Positions 9,856-20,303 of a DNA stretch of 64,000 nt are shown here, piece after piece. The DNA is taken from the NCBI GenBank assembly GCA_038886535.1, contig JAVZXS010000002.1, forward strand, positions 128,001 through 192,000, read 5' to 3'. Every line of letters begins with the position of its first letter. Within the stretch, counting starts at the first letter, position 1. The notes beneath the pieces were generated by a model that had not been told where the DNA came from, did not search any database, and saw only the letters and a list, made by a program, of their open reading frames with translations. The stretch comes from Candidatus Micrarchaeia archaeon (GTDB lineage Archaea > Micrarchaeota > Micrarchaeia > CABMEP01). The position numbers were made by a program, and so were the translations under genes.

Positions 9856-11064
9856 TTAAATCCTCAAGCTTTCAGCAGGCTTCATTTTCGCAGCCTTGAG
9901 TGCTGGAAGCGATCCGCTTATACTCCCAACAAGAAATGAAAATAACAAGCTACCAATAATAAGCCAAGGTGGAGTAGATGCACCAAAAGGATAACCAGTG
10001 CTGAGTGTAATAGTTTCAATTCCTTTGCTTATAGCAATTCCAACAATAGTTCCAATCACTCCACCAACCAATCCCAATATCCCAGATTCTATCAGAAATA
10101 TCATCATTATATCTCTATTTCTTGCACCAACTGCCTTCATTATTCCAATCTCTCTCGTTCTTTCTAAAACTGATGTATACATTGTATTCATTATTCCAAT
10201 TCCACCAACAATAAGTGATATTGCAGCTATTCCGATAACTATAATCTGGACTATAGAGATCACTGCACCATAAGTTTCATAGAGCTGCTGTGGCGTTTGG
10301 ACTGTAAAGTCTTCTTCTCCTTCTTTTAGATTTCTATCCTTTCTTAGTTCATCTTTAACTCTTTCTGCAACAAGATCTATTGGATAGTTCTCTTTAACAG
10401 TGGCCCAGATAGTCATATATCCAATGTCGCCATAAATTTCCTTCATTGCTGAAAGAGGAATATATACTTGTTTGTCATCTTCTTCACTTCCTACTCTTTC
10501 TGCTATTCCAACAATTGTGAATTTCTTTCCTTTTATCGTGATTTCATCTCCAACTTTTAATTTTTTCTTAAAAACATCACCATTAGCATAAAGCCATCCA
10601 ACAACTACTTTATAACCATCACTAGGTTGTAATTCCCTTCCATTCTCTGGAGATATGGAACTTATTTCTTTCAGGCTTAGTTTAGCAGGATCATATCCTA
10701 TAACATAAGCATATTTTATTTCATCTCCACTCTCAATCCCAGCTAATGTTGCAGAAAATCCAGCAGCCTTTTCAATTCCATTTACTCTTTGTATGACTTT
10801 TACATCATGATCCGTCATTTGAATAGATCCGACAGTAGCTGCAAGAAGCCCGTAAATTCCACCTCCAGGAAATATGTAAATTGCGTTAGGATTTAACATG
10901 GAAAATTGTTTGTCAATTGTCTCTTGCAGACCTTGGCCTATTGATACGAGCGCAACAAGTGCTGCAATACCAATAAATATACCTATTACAGTAAGCCAGG
11001 ATCTGGTTGGTTTTTGTTTAAATGTTCTTAATGCCAGGTTGAAATAATAGATGAATGATACCAT
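9856..11064 (-). CDS. ABC transporter permease (MacB/FtsX type)
   Basis: RSWLTVIGIFIGIA and GGIGIMNTMYTSVLERTREIGIMKAVGA. Confidence 0.93.
   Translation of the reverse strand: MVSFIYYFNLALRTFKQKPTRSWLTVIGIFIGIAALVALVSIGQGLQETIDKQFSMLNPNAIYIFPGGGIYGLLAATVGSIQMTDHDVKVIQRVNGIEKAAGFSATLAGIESGDEIKYAYVIGYDPAKLSLKEISSISPENGRELQPSDGYKVVVGWLYANGDVFKKKLKVGDEITIKGKKFTIVGIAERVGSEEDDKQVYIPLSAMKEIYGDIGYMTIWATVKENYPIDLVAERVKDELRKDRNLKEGEEDFTVQTPQQLYETYGAVISIVQIIVIGIAAISLIVGGIGIMNTMYTSVLERTREIGIMKAVGARNRDIMMIFLIESGILGLVGGVIGTIVGIAISKGIETITLSTGYPFGASTPPWLIIGSLLFSFLVGSISGSLPALKAAKMKPAESLRI
10037..10243. repeat. 207-bp exact direct repeat, copy 1
   Basis: Base-by-base reading matches 11258-11464 (offset 1221). 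Confidence 0.9.
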
Positions 11065-11073
11065 ATTCTCTCC

Positions 11074-12279
11074 TTACTCATATCTTAGTGTCTCAGCAGG
11101 CTTCATTCTTGCGGCCTGAAGTGCAGGAAGCAATCCACTCAGGCTTCCAACAATGAATGAAAATAAAATCGCACCAATTATGATTACTGGTTCAAGAGTT
11201 ATGTACAGGGCAATGTTGTACATTATAGCAATTTTCTCTACTATGTATGCGATAGTTATTCCAACAATAGTTCCAATCACTCCACCAACCAATCCCAATA
11301 TCCCAGATTCTATCAGAAATATCATCATTATATCTCTATTTCTTGCACCAACTGCCTTCATTATTCCAATCTCTCTCGTTCTTTCTAAAACTGATGTATA
11401 CATTGTATTCATTATTCCAATTCCACCAACAATAAGTGATATTGCAGCTATTCCGATAACTATAGTCTGCACAAGGCCAATTATCCTTAATGCCACTTCT
11501 CTCATTTGTTCTGAGGTCATTACAGTAAAAGTTTCTTTTCCTTTTTCTAAATCCTTCTCCTTTCTCAAGCGTTCTTTTATATTCTCTGCAACCTCTGTAA
11601 CATTTGCATTTTCTTTTGCTATGGTCAATATAAGCGGATAGCCTTCCTGTTTAAATACATCCATAAATGTATCTTTTGTAATATATATTCTTCTATCAAA
11701 TCCAGGATTACCTATCTTTGATACCACGCCTATAACTGTAAAATCTTTTCCATTTATCTCTAACTTATCTCCAATCTTAATCGGCTTTTCAAAAACCCCT
11801 GTAGTTGAAAAATCATACCCAACCATCACCTTATATGCATCGTTGCTTTTTAATTCTCTTCCAGAGGTCATTTGCACTCCCATAAAATCATAAATATTGA
11901 TTTCATTTGGATCAAAACCAGCGGTTATAAAATAATATGGTTTATCTTTATACTTTGTTTCAGATATAGTTAGCATTATTCCGACAGCCTTTTCAACCCC
12001 ATTCACTCTTTGAATTGCAGATATATCTCTATCATTAAGACGGTCTGATGTTCCTATCGCACCTAAGACACCAAAAGAACTTTTCCCAGGGTAAATAGAT
12101 ATTTTATTAGTTCCGAGAATATCGAATTGTTGATTTATTGCATTTTGTAGTCCTTGTCCTAAAGAAACGAGCGCAACCACAGCAGCTATACCTACGAATA
12201 TTCCTATAATTGTAAGCCAAGAACGAGTTGGTTTGTGTTTGAACGTGCGAATTGCAAGGTCAAAGTATTGACGCAACAT
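11074..12279 (-). CDS. ABC transporter permease (MacB/FtsX type), paralog
   Basis: Same motifs as 9856-11064. Confidence 0.93.
   Translation of the reverse strand: MLRQYFDLAIRTFKHKPTRSWLTIIGIFVGIAAVVALVSLGQGLQNAINQQFDILGTNKISIYPGKSSFGVLGAIGTSDRLNDRDISAIQRVNGVEKAVGIMLTISETKYKDKPYYFITAGFDPNEINIYDFMGVQMTSGRELKSNDAYKVMVGYDFSTTGVFEKPIKIGDKLEINGKDFTVIGVVSKIGNPGFDRRIYITKDTFMDVFKQEGYPLILTIAKENANVTEVAENIKERLRKEKDLEKGKETFTVMTSEQMREVALRIIGLVQTIVIGIAAISLIVGGIGIMNTMYTSVLERTREIGIMKAVGARNRDIMMIFLIESGILGLVGGVIGTIVGITIAYIVEKIAIMYNIALYITLEPVIIIGAILFSFIVGSLSGLLPALQAARMKPAETLRYE
11258..11464. repeat. 207-bp exact direct repeat, copy 2
   Basis: Matches 10037-10243. Confidence 0.9.
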
Positions 12280-12400
12280 AATCTTAATTATGTAGAAATA
12301 TTTAAAAGAATGTTAAATGAATCCTTCTCTTAACTAAATGCCGTAATCCATGCTGAATTATTTATCATGCGATTTAGCAATTTTTTTCTATTGTTTCCAT

Positions 12401-14575
12401 CTATTTGAATCTCTTTAAAAGCAATGAGTTGCTAACTACTGAAACAGAACTTAATGCCATTGCAAGCCCTGCGAATTCAGGCTTTAGCAACAAACCAAAC
12501 GAATAGTAAAATACACCAGCAGCTATCGGAATTCCTACTGAATTGTAGAAGAGAGCCCAGAACATATTCTGTTTTATTTTGTTCATCGTAGCCTCACTAA
12601 GTTTTATTGCAGTTACTACATCTTTAAGATCGTCTTTGACAAGTATTATTTCACCAGTTTCCATTGCTATGTCTGTACCGCTGCCGAGTGCAATGCCAAC
12701 ATCTGCTTGTGCAAGTGCTGGTGCATCGTTTATGCCATCACCAACCATTGCAACATATTCATTTTCGTTTTGTAATTCCTTAATTTTGGCAGCTTTTTGT
12801 TCTGGTAGAACCTCAGCAAGGACTTCATCTATTCCAACTTTTCTTGCAATTGCTCTTGCAGTTTTTTCATTGTCGCCTGTAATCATTACTACTCTCTTTC
12901 CCATCTCTTTTAATTCCTGTACTGCTTCCTTTGAATTTTTCTTTAATACGTCAGCAACCGCAATAAAGCCGATGAATCTTTTGTTTACAGCAAGTGCCAT
13001 TACTGTTTTTCCTTCTTCTTCAAGTAGCTTCATTTTTGAGTCATCGAATTTTATTTTGTTCTTAGCCATCAGTCTTCTATTTCCTAATAAAATTTCTTTT
13101 CCATTATAGTATGCCTTGATTCCGTAGCCTGGAATTGCTTGGAATGAGTTAGCATCTGGGATATGGATTTTTTTCTTTTTAGCATATTCAATAATCGCAT
13201 CCCCAAGAGGATGCTCTGATCTTTTTTCAGCTATTGCAGAATAAAAGATAATGTCTTTTTTTGATGCATTATTAGCTTCTATTATATCCGTTACCTGTGG
13301 CTTGCCAATTGTCAATGTAGCAGTCTTATCAAATACAATGGTTGTAATTTTATGTGCTTTCTCAAGAGCCTCTCCACCGCGGATTAGGATTCCTTTTTCT
13401 GCCCCCTTTCCAACCCCGACCATCACTGCTGTAGGAGTTGCAAGTCCAAGTGCGCATGGGCAGGCAATTACAAGCACTGAAATTGAAGTCATTAGTGCAA
13501 AGGTAAACGTTGTTCCAAAAATAAAATACCATGCAATAAATGTGATAATAGAAATCGATACCACTATCGGGACAAAATATGCAGACACTGTGTCAGCAAA
13601 TTTTTGTATGGGTGCCTTTGACATCTGTGCGTTTTCAACAAATTTTACTATCTGAGCTAGGACAGAATCTGCACCTACTGCAGTAGCTTTGAAGGTTAAT
13701 GTTCCGTGTTTATTTACAGTTCCACCTATGACTTTGTCACCTTTTCTCTTTTCTACAGGAATGCTTTCCCCAGTCAACATCGATTCATCTACAGAAGAGT
13801 AACCAGAAATCACAATTCCATCAACAGGTATTCTTTCACCAGGCTTTACGATAACAATGTCACCCTTCCTTACTTCGTTGATATCAATCTCAATCTCTTC
13901 CCCGTTTCTCATGACAATTGCTGTTTTAGGTCTCAGTCTCATTAGCTTTTGTATCGCTTCGCTCGTCTTTCCTTTCGTTAGAGCTTCTAGATATTTGCCA
14001 AGTACAACAAACGTTATTAGCAGTGCAGATGTCTCAAAAAATGTTTCACCACCTATGAAAAATGCAATAAAGACGCTGTAGAAATAGGCTGCACTAGTGC
14101 CGATTGCAATAAGGGTGTCCATGTTTGCAGCTCTATTCTTTAACGCACCAGCCATTCCCTTATAAAATCTCCAACCAATCCAGAATTGAACAGGAGTAGC
14201 TAATGCAAATTGTATTATATTTTCATAAGGAAAATCAATAAACATGCTTAATAATACAATGGGAAGAGTTAACACAAGACTGATTATGAAAGTAGTTTTC
14301 AGCTCTTTTATTTCCTTTTCTTTGATCTCTCTTTCTCCATCGATTTCAATTCCTTTCTCTTCTTTGGCCGAATAGCCTGCATCTTCTATTATAGCTATGA
14401 TCTTCTCAATATTTATTTTTCTTTCATCAAATTCAATAGACGCCTTCTCTGTTGCGAAGTTGATAGATGCAGACTTTATTCCTTTTGCCTTGCGAAGAGA
14501 ATTCTCAATGATCTTAGCACAGCTTGCACAGTGCATTCCTCTTATGGTTAGAATAGCATTCTTCATTTTTTCCAC
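12401..14575 (-). CDS. copA: Cu(I)-translocating P1B-type ATPase
   Basis: GMHCASC HMA domain, TGES, CPC, DKTAT (variant of DKTGT), [14 protein letters not shown] and MALSS. Confidence 0.93.
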   Translation of the reverse strand: MEKMKNAILTIRGMHCASCAKIIENSLRKAKGIKSASINFATEKASIEFDERKINIEKIIAIIEDAGYSAKEEKGIEIDGEREIKEKEIKELKTTFIISLVLTLPIVLLSMFIDFPYENIIQFALATPVQFWIGWRFYKGMAGALKNRAANMDTLIAIGTSAAYFYSVFIAFFIGGETFFETSALLITFVVLGKYLEALTKGKTSEAIQKLMRLRPKTAIVMRNGEEIEIDINEVRKGDIVIVKPGERIPVDGIVISGYSSVDESMLTGESIPVEKRKGDKVIGGTVNKHGTLTFKATAVGADSVLAQIVKFVENAQMSKAPIQKFADTVSAYFVPIVVSISIITFIAWYFIFGTTFTFALMTSISVLVIACPCALGLATPTAVMVGVGKGAEKGILIRGGEALEKAHKITTIVFDKTATLTIGKPQVTDIIEANNASKKDIIFYSAIAEKRSEHPLGDAIIEYAKKKKIHIPDANSFQAIPGYGIKAYYNGKEILLGNRRLMAKNKIKFDDSKMKLLEEEGKTVMALAVNKRFIGFIAVADVLKKNSKEAVQELKEMGKRVVMITGDNEKTARAIARKVGIDEVLAEVLPEQKAAKIKELQNENEYVAMVGDGINDAPALAQADVGIALGSGTDIAMETGEIILVKDDLKDVVTAIKLSEATMNKIKQNMFWALFYNSVGIPIAAGVFYYSFGLLLKPEFAGLAMALSSVSVVSNSLLLKRFK

Positions 14576-14863
14576 CTATTTTCTTCCGAATAAATTGCTG
14601 AGGAAGCCATTAGATTTTTTTGTATTTTTGACATTAGGATCGCAGACTTCCTTTGCTTCATAACCCATTTCCTCTATTTTCTTAATGATGGCATTTACGC
14701 TTGTCTTTGTTGGATTCAATTCTATCTCAGCAATCTCGTTTTCGTATGAAACATTAATATTCTCAGTGCCATTAATCTGGGATAAGCTTTCTTTTATTAG
14801 CCGCTCACAGCTCTTGCAATGCATGTTATCTATTTTAAGATATACTCTTATCAAATTTTCCAT
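14576..14863 (-). CDS. HMA-domain copper chaperone (CopZ-like)
   Basis: MHCKSC motif; abuts copA. Confidence 0.88.
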   Translation of the reverse strand: MENLIRVYLKIDNMHCKSCERLIKESLSQINGTENINVSYENEIAEIELNPTKTSVNAIIKKIEEMGYEAKEVCDPNVKNTKKSNGFLSNLFGRK

Positions 14864-14910
14864 AACATCACTTCATAACGTATTTGAAATATTAATTAAC
14901 ATATTAACAA

Positions 14911-15753
14911 TTATTGGTTTAGTTGTGCAAGTTGGGCATCGATCACCTGTTTAAACACAGAATATGGTTGCGCTCCACTTATCATTTGACCATTGATAAA
15001 GAAAGTTGGTGTTCCTTGAACTCCGTTTGCCAACCCTTCCTGTAATTCAGAATTTACTTGCGTTGCTTTTTCTCCATTATCAAGACCAGCATTAAATTTT
15101 ACTGTATCTAAACCAAGTTCAGCTGCGTATCTCTTTAGACTTTCCACATCTAGATTGTTCTGATTCTCAAAAAGCTTGTTATGATATTCCCAGAACTTAC
15201 CTTGATCACCAGCTAGAAGAGCTGCCTCTGCAGCCTTCCGTGCATTTGGATGAATCTGAATCAATGGAAATTGTTTGTAGTAAAGTTTTACCTTTCCTTT
15301 GTAATCATTCAATATCTGTTTGATTGTTGGTTGCACTCTTAAACAGAATGGGCACTGAAAATCGCTATACTCGATAATTGTTATTGGTGCATTAGGGTCT
15401 CCCAGGGGCGTAATTCCAGAGAGATTTGCCTTAAATGAATTATTACTAGATGGCAGATCAGACGGTTGTGCAATATTATTATTTATTGCAGGAGCAGATG
15501 TTAAGCTGGCACGAATTATGTTTATATTTGAATTTATTTCGTTTAGCTTATCGTTTATGATATTAGTTGTATATATTGCTGTTCCAGCAATAAGTATGAT
15601 TGATAGTACTATTGCAACTAAAAAATATGTGAACTGATTGCCATCTTTTTTATTCGATCCATTACTCGTATCTATGTTCATCTCCTCATTCTTATTTTCC
15701 TTATCTTCATTGCGTTTATAGACGATCTTATTTTGATTCTCCATATCATGCAC
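14911..15753 (-). CDS. Membrane-anchored DsbA/thioredoxin-fold oxidoreductase
   Basis: EYSDFQCPFC and GVQGTPTFFING; one N-terminal TM. Confidence 0.9.
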   Translation of the reverse strand: MHDMENQNKIVYKRNEDKENKNEEMNIDTSNGSNKKDGNQFTYFLVAIVLSIILIAGTAIYTTNIINDKLNEINSNINIIRASLTSAPAINNNIAQPSDLPSSNNSFKANLSGITPLGDPNAPITIIEYSDFQCPFCLRVQPTIKQILNDYKGKVKLYYKQFPLIQIHPNARKAAEAALLAGDQGKFWEYHNKLFENQNNLDVESLKRYAAELGLDTVKFNAGLDNGEKATQVNSELQEGLANGVQGTPTFFINGQMISGAQPYSVFKQVIDAQLAQLNQ

Positions 15754-15864
15754 CTCAATTAATGTTTTACTGATGCATTTGCATGCATCTTTACATATCC
15801 AATGTAAATCGAATATTGAATTTCATGATGTCTTCGTTTTAATATATATTCACATCCTTTCTAT

Positions 15865-16488
15865 TTACCCATAACTGTTTCTGCTTCCGCATCCGCAACC
15901 GCCAACTCTTTGTATTGGTTTGCTTGCTGCTTCAGCATTTATAGCTGCTGCTTCTGCTAATGTGATATTATTGCGAATCTCGATTTTTCCAGTTGCCATT
16001 CCCATGAGACAAGTAAAGTGTATCGTTCCTTCCTTTAAAGGTGTAAATTCGAATGTTTCAATTACTCCGGATCGTTCAAATTGATAGTATATACCAAGTT
16101 CTCTAACTGCTAGACCATTTATACAGCCACCAAAACGTTTTACATAAACGTTCCATCTTACAGGCACACCAGCCTTGACTACTAATGTAGCAGGTATCCA
16201 TCCATTATCTACAGTCATGTTAATCTCTTGGAATTCTACTGTATTATTTTTTTCATTTGCTCCACTGATTGCTATTGAATCTGTTGCCAATTGTTTGGGA
16301 GAGAGATTTGATATGAACGGTGATGATAAGTTCGTACCAAATACCAATACTGCTGCTAAAGCTGTGATCACAGCCAGCGTTAGGTATGCAAATTTGTTCT
16401 TCATCTTTAATTTTGAATCGTTCTCTTTCGGTATGTTCGAATCCATTTTCTGCGTTTTATTTTCATTGTTTTCCATCATTTTATACAC
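15865..16488 (-). CDS. Membrane-anchored cupredoxin-like domain protein
   Basis: TM, VKAGVPVRW, GGC, FTCLMGM and C-terminal GGCGCG. Confidence 0.8.
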   Translation of the reverse strand: MYKMMENNENKTQKMDSNIPKENDSKLKMKNKFAYLTLAVITALAAVLVFGTNLSSPFISNLSPKQLATDSIAISGANEKNNTVEFQEINMTVDNGWIPATLVVKAGVPVRWNVYVKRFGGCINGLAVRELGIYYQFERSGVIETFEFTPLKEGTIHFTCLMGMATGKIEIRNNITLAEAAAINAEAASKPIQRVGGCGCGSRNSYG

Positions 16489-16502
16489 CTGTTATCCTAA
16501 AT

Positions 16503-17714
16503 TTACTTGACGATTATCTGTCCAGGTATCATTCCCATCCAGCATGTAAAATAGATCGTTCCAGTCTTAGATGGGGTGAATTCAAATACCTTTATCTCCC
16601 CTTCTCTCTCAAACTGATAGTTTATTCCAAGTTCAGGAACTTTTATTCCTTTATTGCAATATGATAATTTTTCAACGGTTATTATCCATTTTACAGGTAT
16701 TCCTTTTTTCACCGTGAATGTGTCCGGCTCCCAACCATAGGCAGTTACTTTCATTTTTATTTCTTGGATATGTTGTGAAGAATTCAATTGATATGCTTCA
16801 GACTGATTTTGGCTAAATAAATTAGGAATTCCTATTCCCATCAGTAAAGCGCTTCTTTGAAGCATGATTATTCCAAGCACTATAATAAGCACGCTTGCAA
16901 TCTTTACTGCTTTATGTGTCCATTTCATTGATATCTTTGAAACAAGAGCACCCAAGATGAACATTAGTGGAACAGTTCCTGCTCCAAATACAAGCATAGT
17001 CAGTCCACCATCTATCATGCTTCCAGTTCCTGCTGCATATACTAGCATTGCTTGAAGAGGTCCACACGGCATAAATCCATTTAAAAATCCAAACATTGCT
17101 GGATTGCTCGAATACTTATGGATATCAATAAATGATGGTAGTACTGTATATTTTCTTAGTTTTGGATAGAATATGCTGAAACCATACAATACCATGAATA
17201 ATCCAGCCAGAAAAGATAATGCACCTCTTATCTGATCTGTTATTGCAATAACCCCACCAACTAAACCAAGCAATGCTCCTAATAGAGTGTAAGATAATAT
17301 TCTTGCACCGTTATAGCAAATGTGTGGTTTCAATCCTTTTTGGTTTGAATTGCTTGCATAAGAAATTACAAACCCACCACACATGCCTATGCAATGGAAA
17401 CTTGTAAGCAATCCTACTAAGAATATTACTATCAGTCCGGATTTTGGATCGATGATGTTTGTAGAGAAAAATGGAAAATTGCTAAGTGCGATATAAAGAC
17501 CAATAAACAAAAATCCCCAGTAGGCAATTCTCTTTAATTTCTCAATCAGCCCAGTGTTGTTTTCATTTATACTATCTTCTATTTTGGTTTCAGTATTAAT
17601 TTCTTTTGTCTTTTCTTTACTAATTTTGTCTCTTTCGCTGATTTCTTTTCTTTCTTGTTGATAATTTTCTTGGGGTTCAGAACCAGTTGCATGGTTTGTT
17701 TCTAAATTTTCCAT
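16503..17714 (-). CDS. DsbD_2/TauE-like membrane protein with C-terminal cupredoxin domain
   Basis: SFHCIGMCGG, GFMPCGPLQ and FTCWMGM. Start set at ATG 17714, 22 nt from a TATA-like box. Confidence 0.82.
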   Translation of the reverse strand: MENLETNHATGSEPQENYQQERKEISERDKISKEKTKEINTETKIEDSINENNTGLIEKLKRIAYWGFLFIGLYIALSNFPFFSTNIIDPKSGLIVIFLVGLLTSFHCIGMCGGFVISYASNSNQKGLKPHICYNGARILSYTLLGALLGLVGGVIAITDQIRGALSFLAGLFMVLYGFSIFYPKLRKYTVLPSFIDIHKYSSNPAMFGFLNGFMPCGPLQAMLVYAAGTGSMIDGGLTMLVFGAGTVPLMFILGALVSKISMKWTHKAVKIASVLIIVLGIIMLQRSALLMGIGIPNLFSQNQSEAYQLNSSQHIQEIKMKVTAYGWEPDTFTVKKGIPVKWIITVEKLSYCNKGIKVPELGINYQFEREGEIKVFEFTPSKTGTIYFTCWMGMIPGQIIVK

Positions 17715-17735
17715 GCAATATAATATATCAATCAA

Positions 17736-17792
17736 TATTAAAACAGTTATCGTCAGAACAATTTATGAACGATTATGAACGATCCTGAATCA
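17736..17792 (-). promoter_or_regulatory. TATA box plus phased direct repeats upstream of the copper cluster
   Basis: TTTTAATA (minus strand) at 17736-17743; TTATGAACGA twice (17763-17782) with degenerate copies on both sides. Confidence 0.55.
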
Positions 17793-17810
17793 TTAAAAAT
17801 AGATAGAAAA

Positions 17811-18248
17811 TTAGAATCCTTTCATCAGGATCACATAGTTTGTCTTACCTATTTTTTGTTTTCTAATCAATTTTCTTTTTTCCATTCTACTTAAAATCAT
17901 TGAAAGCGTGGCTCTCGGGTAATTCAATTCTTTTCTTATTTCAGCTTGAGTTGCGTTCTTTTTTATTCGTAAATATTCAATTATCTTTCTTTCTTCCGGT
18001 GTTAATATTTTTTCAATTTTATGCGCTTTAATTACTTTTTTAATTATCATTTCTTCTGGCTTAAGATAGAGATAGACTCCAAGTGCGAAGATGACGAAGA
18101 AAAGTGGGATTAAAAATATAAGGACTTGATGATACCATTCCATTACAAGCGGGCATGAAGAAGGTATGAGATACATTAATATAAAACTGATAAGCACACC
18201 ACTACCGCCAGCTATCGCAATTATAGAAGCTATGTCTTTATTTTTCAT
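17811..18248 (-). CDS. Membrane-anchored winged helix-turn-helix protein (2 TM + MarR-like wHTH)
   Basis: Two hydrophobic helices followed by LTPEERKIIEYL...TQAEIRKELNYPRATLSMILSRMEKRKLIRKQKIGKTN. Confidence 0.8.
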   Translation of the reverse strand: MKNKDIASIIAIAGGSGVLISFILMYLIPSSCPLVMEWYHQVLIFLIPLFFVIFALGVYLYLKPEEMIIKKVIKAHKIEKILTPEERKIIEYLRIKKNATQAEIRKELNYPRATLSMILSRMEKRKLIRKQKIGKTNYVILMKGF

Positions 18249-18298
18249 TTTCTCGCCATATATTATTAGATCAATACTTATTATTTATTAATTATTTA

Positions 18299-19219
18299 TT
18301 AGTCTTTTTCCTGCAAGTATTTTTCAACATCTATCGCAGCCTTGCATCCATCTCCAGCCGCTGCAATTGCTTGCTTGTATCTTTTATCAGCAACATCACC
18401 TGCAACAAAAACGCCTTTTATGCTGGTCTCAGTGTTTTCTTTCTTTATGATGTACCCATTCTCATCAATTTCTATCTGTCCTTTAAATAAGTTAGTTGCT
18501 GGCGAGTGTCCAATCGCAATGAACACCCCGTCTATTTTCATTTCTTTTTCTTCTCCAGTTTTGACATTTTTTATTCTTATCCCAGTTACCTTCTCTTCAC
18601 CAAGTATCTCAGTTACTACTGTATCCCATATGAATTTTATCTTCTGGTTTGCAAATGCTCTTTCTTGCATTATCTTGGTTGCCCTTAACTGATCTCTTCT
18701 ATGAATAATAGTAACGGAATTAGCAAATTTTGTTAGGAATATTGCATCTTCCAATGCAGTATCTCCCCCTCCAATTACTGCAACATCTTTTCCTTTAAAG
18801 AAAAATCCATCGCATGTTGCACAACCCGAAACGCCTTTTCCTATGAGCTTTGATTCGCCAGGAACTCCAAGCCATTTTGCAGTTGCACCAGTTGCAATAA
18901 TCACTGCTTTTGCCTTTAATTCATTAGTTTCTGTTTTAATTGTAAAAGGTCTATTTCTGAAATCCACACTTACAACTTCTTCATCTATAAATCTGGTTCC
19001 AAATTTCTCAGCCTGTTTTCTCATGTTATCCATCAGTTCAGGACCCATTATTCCATCTGGAAAACCAGGAAAATTCTCAACTAGAGTAGTTTGACTTATC
19101 TGCCCTCCAGGTTGCATACCTGATATCACTATAGGTTTAAGTTCTGCTCTTGCTGCATATATTGCAGCTGTTAATCCAGCAGGACCAGATCCAATAATTA
19201 TAACATTTTCTATTTCCAT
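18299..19219 (-). CDS. trxB: Thioredoxin reductase
   Basis: GSGPAG, CATCDG, GGGDTA, HRRD and AGDV. Confidence 0.97.
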   Translation of the reverse strand: MEIENVIIIGSGPAGLTAAIYAARAELKPIVISGMQPGGQISQTTLVENFPGFPDGIMGPELMDNMRKQAEKFGTRFIDEEVVSVDFRNRPFTIKTETNELKAKAVIIATGATAKWLGVPGESKLIGKGVSGCATCDGFFFKGKDVAVIGGGDTALEDAIFLTKFANSVTIIHRRDQLRATKIMQERAFANQKIKFIWDTVVTEILGEEKVTGIRIKNVKTGEEKEMKIDGVFIAIGHSPATNLFKGQIEIDENGYIIKKENTETSIKGVFVAGDVADKRYKQAIAAAGDGCKAAIDVEKYLQEKD

Positions 19220-19337
19220 TTTACCACCAAATCACATAATCTTAAGCAAGATGTTAATAATATATGTAATTAAATTCATGAACCTTTCTATTGATTATTA
19301 ATATGTTTAAAATAATTGCTGTTTAATATATTTTATT

Positions 19338-20030
19338 TTGAGTGATTTTATGGTAAAAAAAATGAATTATCTTTTGCTTATAAATTTTAAGGCTTATGAG
19401 TCTTCTATAGGAAAAGCAGCATTAAAGATTGCGAAACAGATAGATGAAGCAGCAAAGGAATCAGAGACTGGAATAGATGTCGCAATCGCAGTCCAGCCTT
19501 CCGACATATTTAGATTTGCTGATCTTGACATACCTGTTTTTTCACAGCATATTGATCCAATTGAATATGGTGCACATACCGGACATATTCTTCCTGAAGC
19601 AGTTTTTGAAGCAGGAGCAGTCGGCTCTTTGATTAATCATTCAGAAAAACCACTTGCACTAGATGTTATTGATAAAACAATAAAAAGAGCAAAAGAAACT
19701 GATCTCATTCAGGTAGTGTGCGCAAGCACTCCTAAAATGGCGGCTGCAATTGCTTTGATGGACCCTGATTTCATTGCAATCGAGCCTCCTGAACTCATTG
19801 GTGGGGAAATTTCAGTTTCAAAGGCAAATCCAGACATCATTACAGATACAATCAATTCAGTTCATGATGTAAATGATAAGATTCCAGTTCTTTGTGGCGC
19901 TGGAGTTAAAAATTCCGAGGACGTAAGAATGGCAATTGAACTAGGTGCAAGAGGGATACTTGTCGCTAGCGGAGTTACTAAGGCAAGCGATCCAAAACGA
20001 GCAACACTTGAACTATTAAAAGGATTTTAA
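19338..20030 (+). CDS. tpiA: Triosephosphate isomerase (archaeal type)
   Basis: INFKAY, NHSE, EPPELIG, CGAGV and LVASG. True start is probably a few codons downstream. Confidence 0.95.
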   Translation: MSDFMVKKMNYLLLINFKAYESSIGKAALKIAKQIDEAAKESETGIDVAIAVQPSDIFRFADLDIPVFSQHIDPIEYGAHTGHILPEAVFEAGAVGSLINHSEKPLALDVIDKTIKRAKETDLIQVVCASTPKMAAAIALMDPDFIAIEPPELIGGEISVSKANPDIITDTINSVHDVNDKIPVLCGAGVKNSEDVRMAIELGARGILVASGVTKASDPKRATLELLKGF

Positions 20031-20059
20031 TAAAATTATACTTTGCAAAAGGTGATTAA

Positions 20060-20284
20060 ATGGTAGAGTTGAATCCTATCGAGGAGAAAATCCTAAAAGC
20101 TCTTATAGATTTAGGGGCGACATCTGAAGATAAAATGAAGACAGCAGATCATGTGATGAAAAAGACGAACTTAGCTAAAGGTATAGCGAGTAATGGATTG
20201 ATCTCTCTAGTTAATAAAGGTCTTGTAAAGCGTGTTGCAAGAGAAAAGGCTTCAGGCTATTATGTCCTGCAACCAAAGGTTTGA
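20060..20284 (+). CDS. Small basic wHTH protein
   Basis: 74 aa with a helical pattern and LVNKGLVKRV...GYY wing; GGTGA RBS upstream. Confidence 0.6.
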   Translation: MVELNPIEEKILKALIDLGATSEDKMKTADHVMKKTNLAKGIASNGLISLVNKGLVKRVAREKASGYYVLQPKV

Positions 20285-20303
20285 TTAATAAAGGAGTGAT
20301 TTT

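Noticed and set aside
10037..11464. Repeat pair as a diversity-generating retroelement TR/VR
   Set aside because: The copies are identical with no adenine-specific mismatches, and no reverse transcriptase is in the window.
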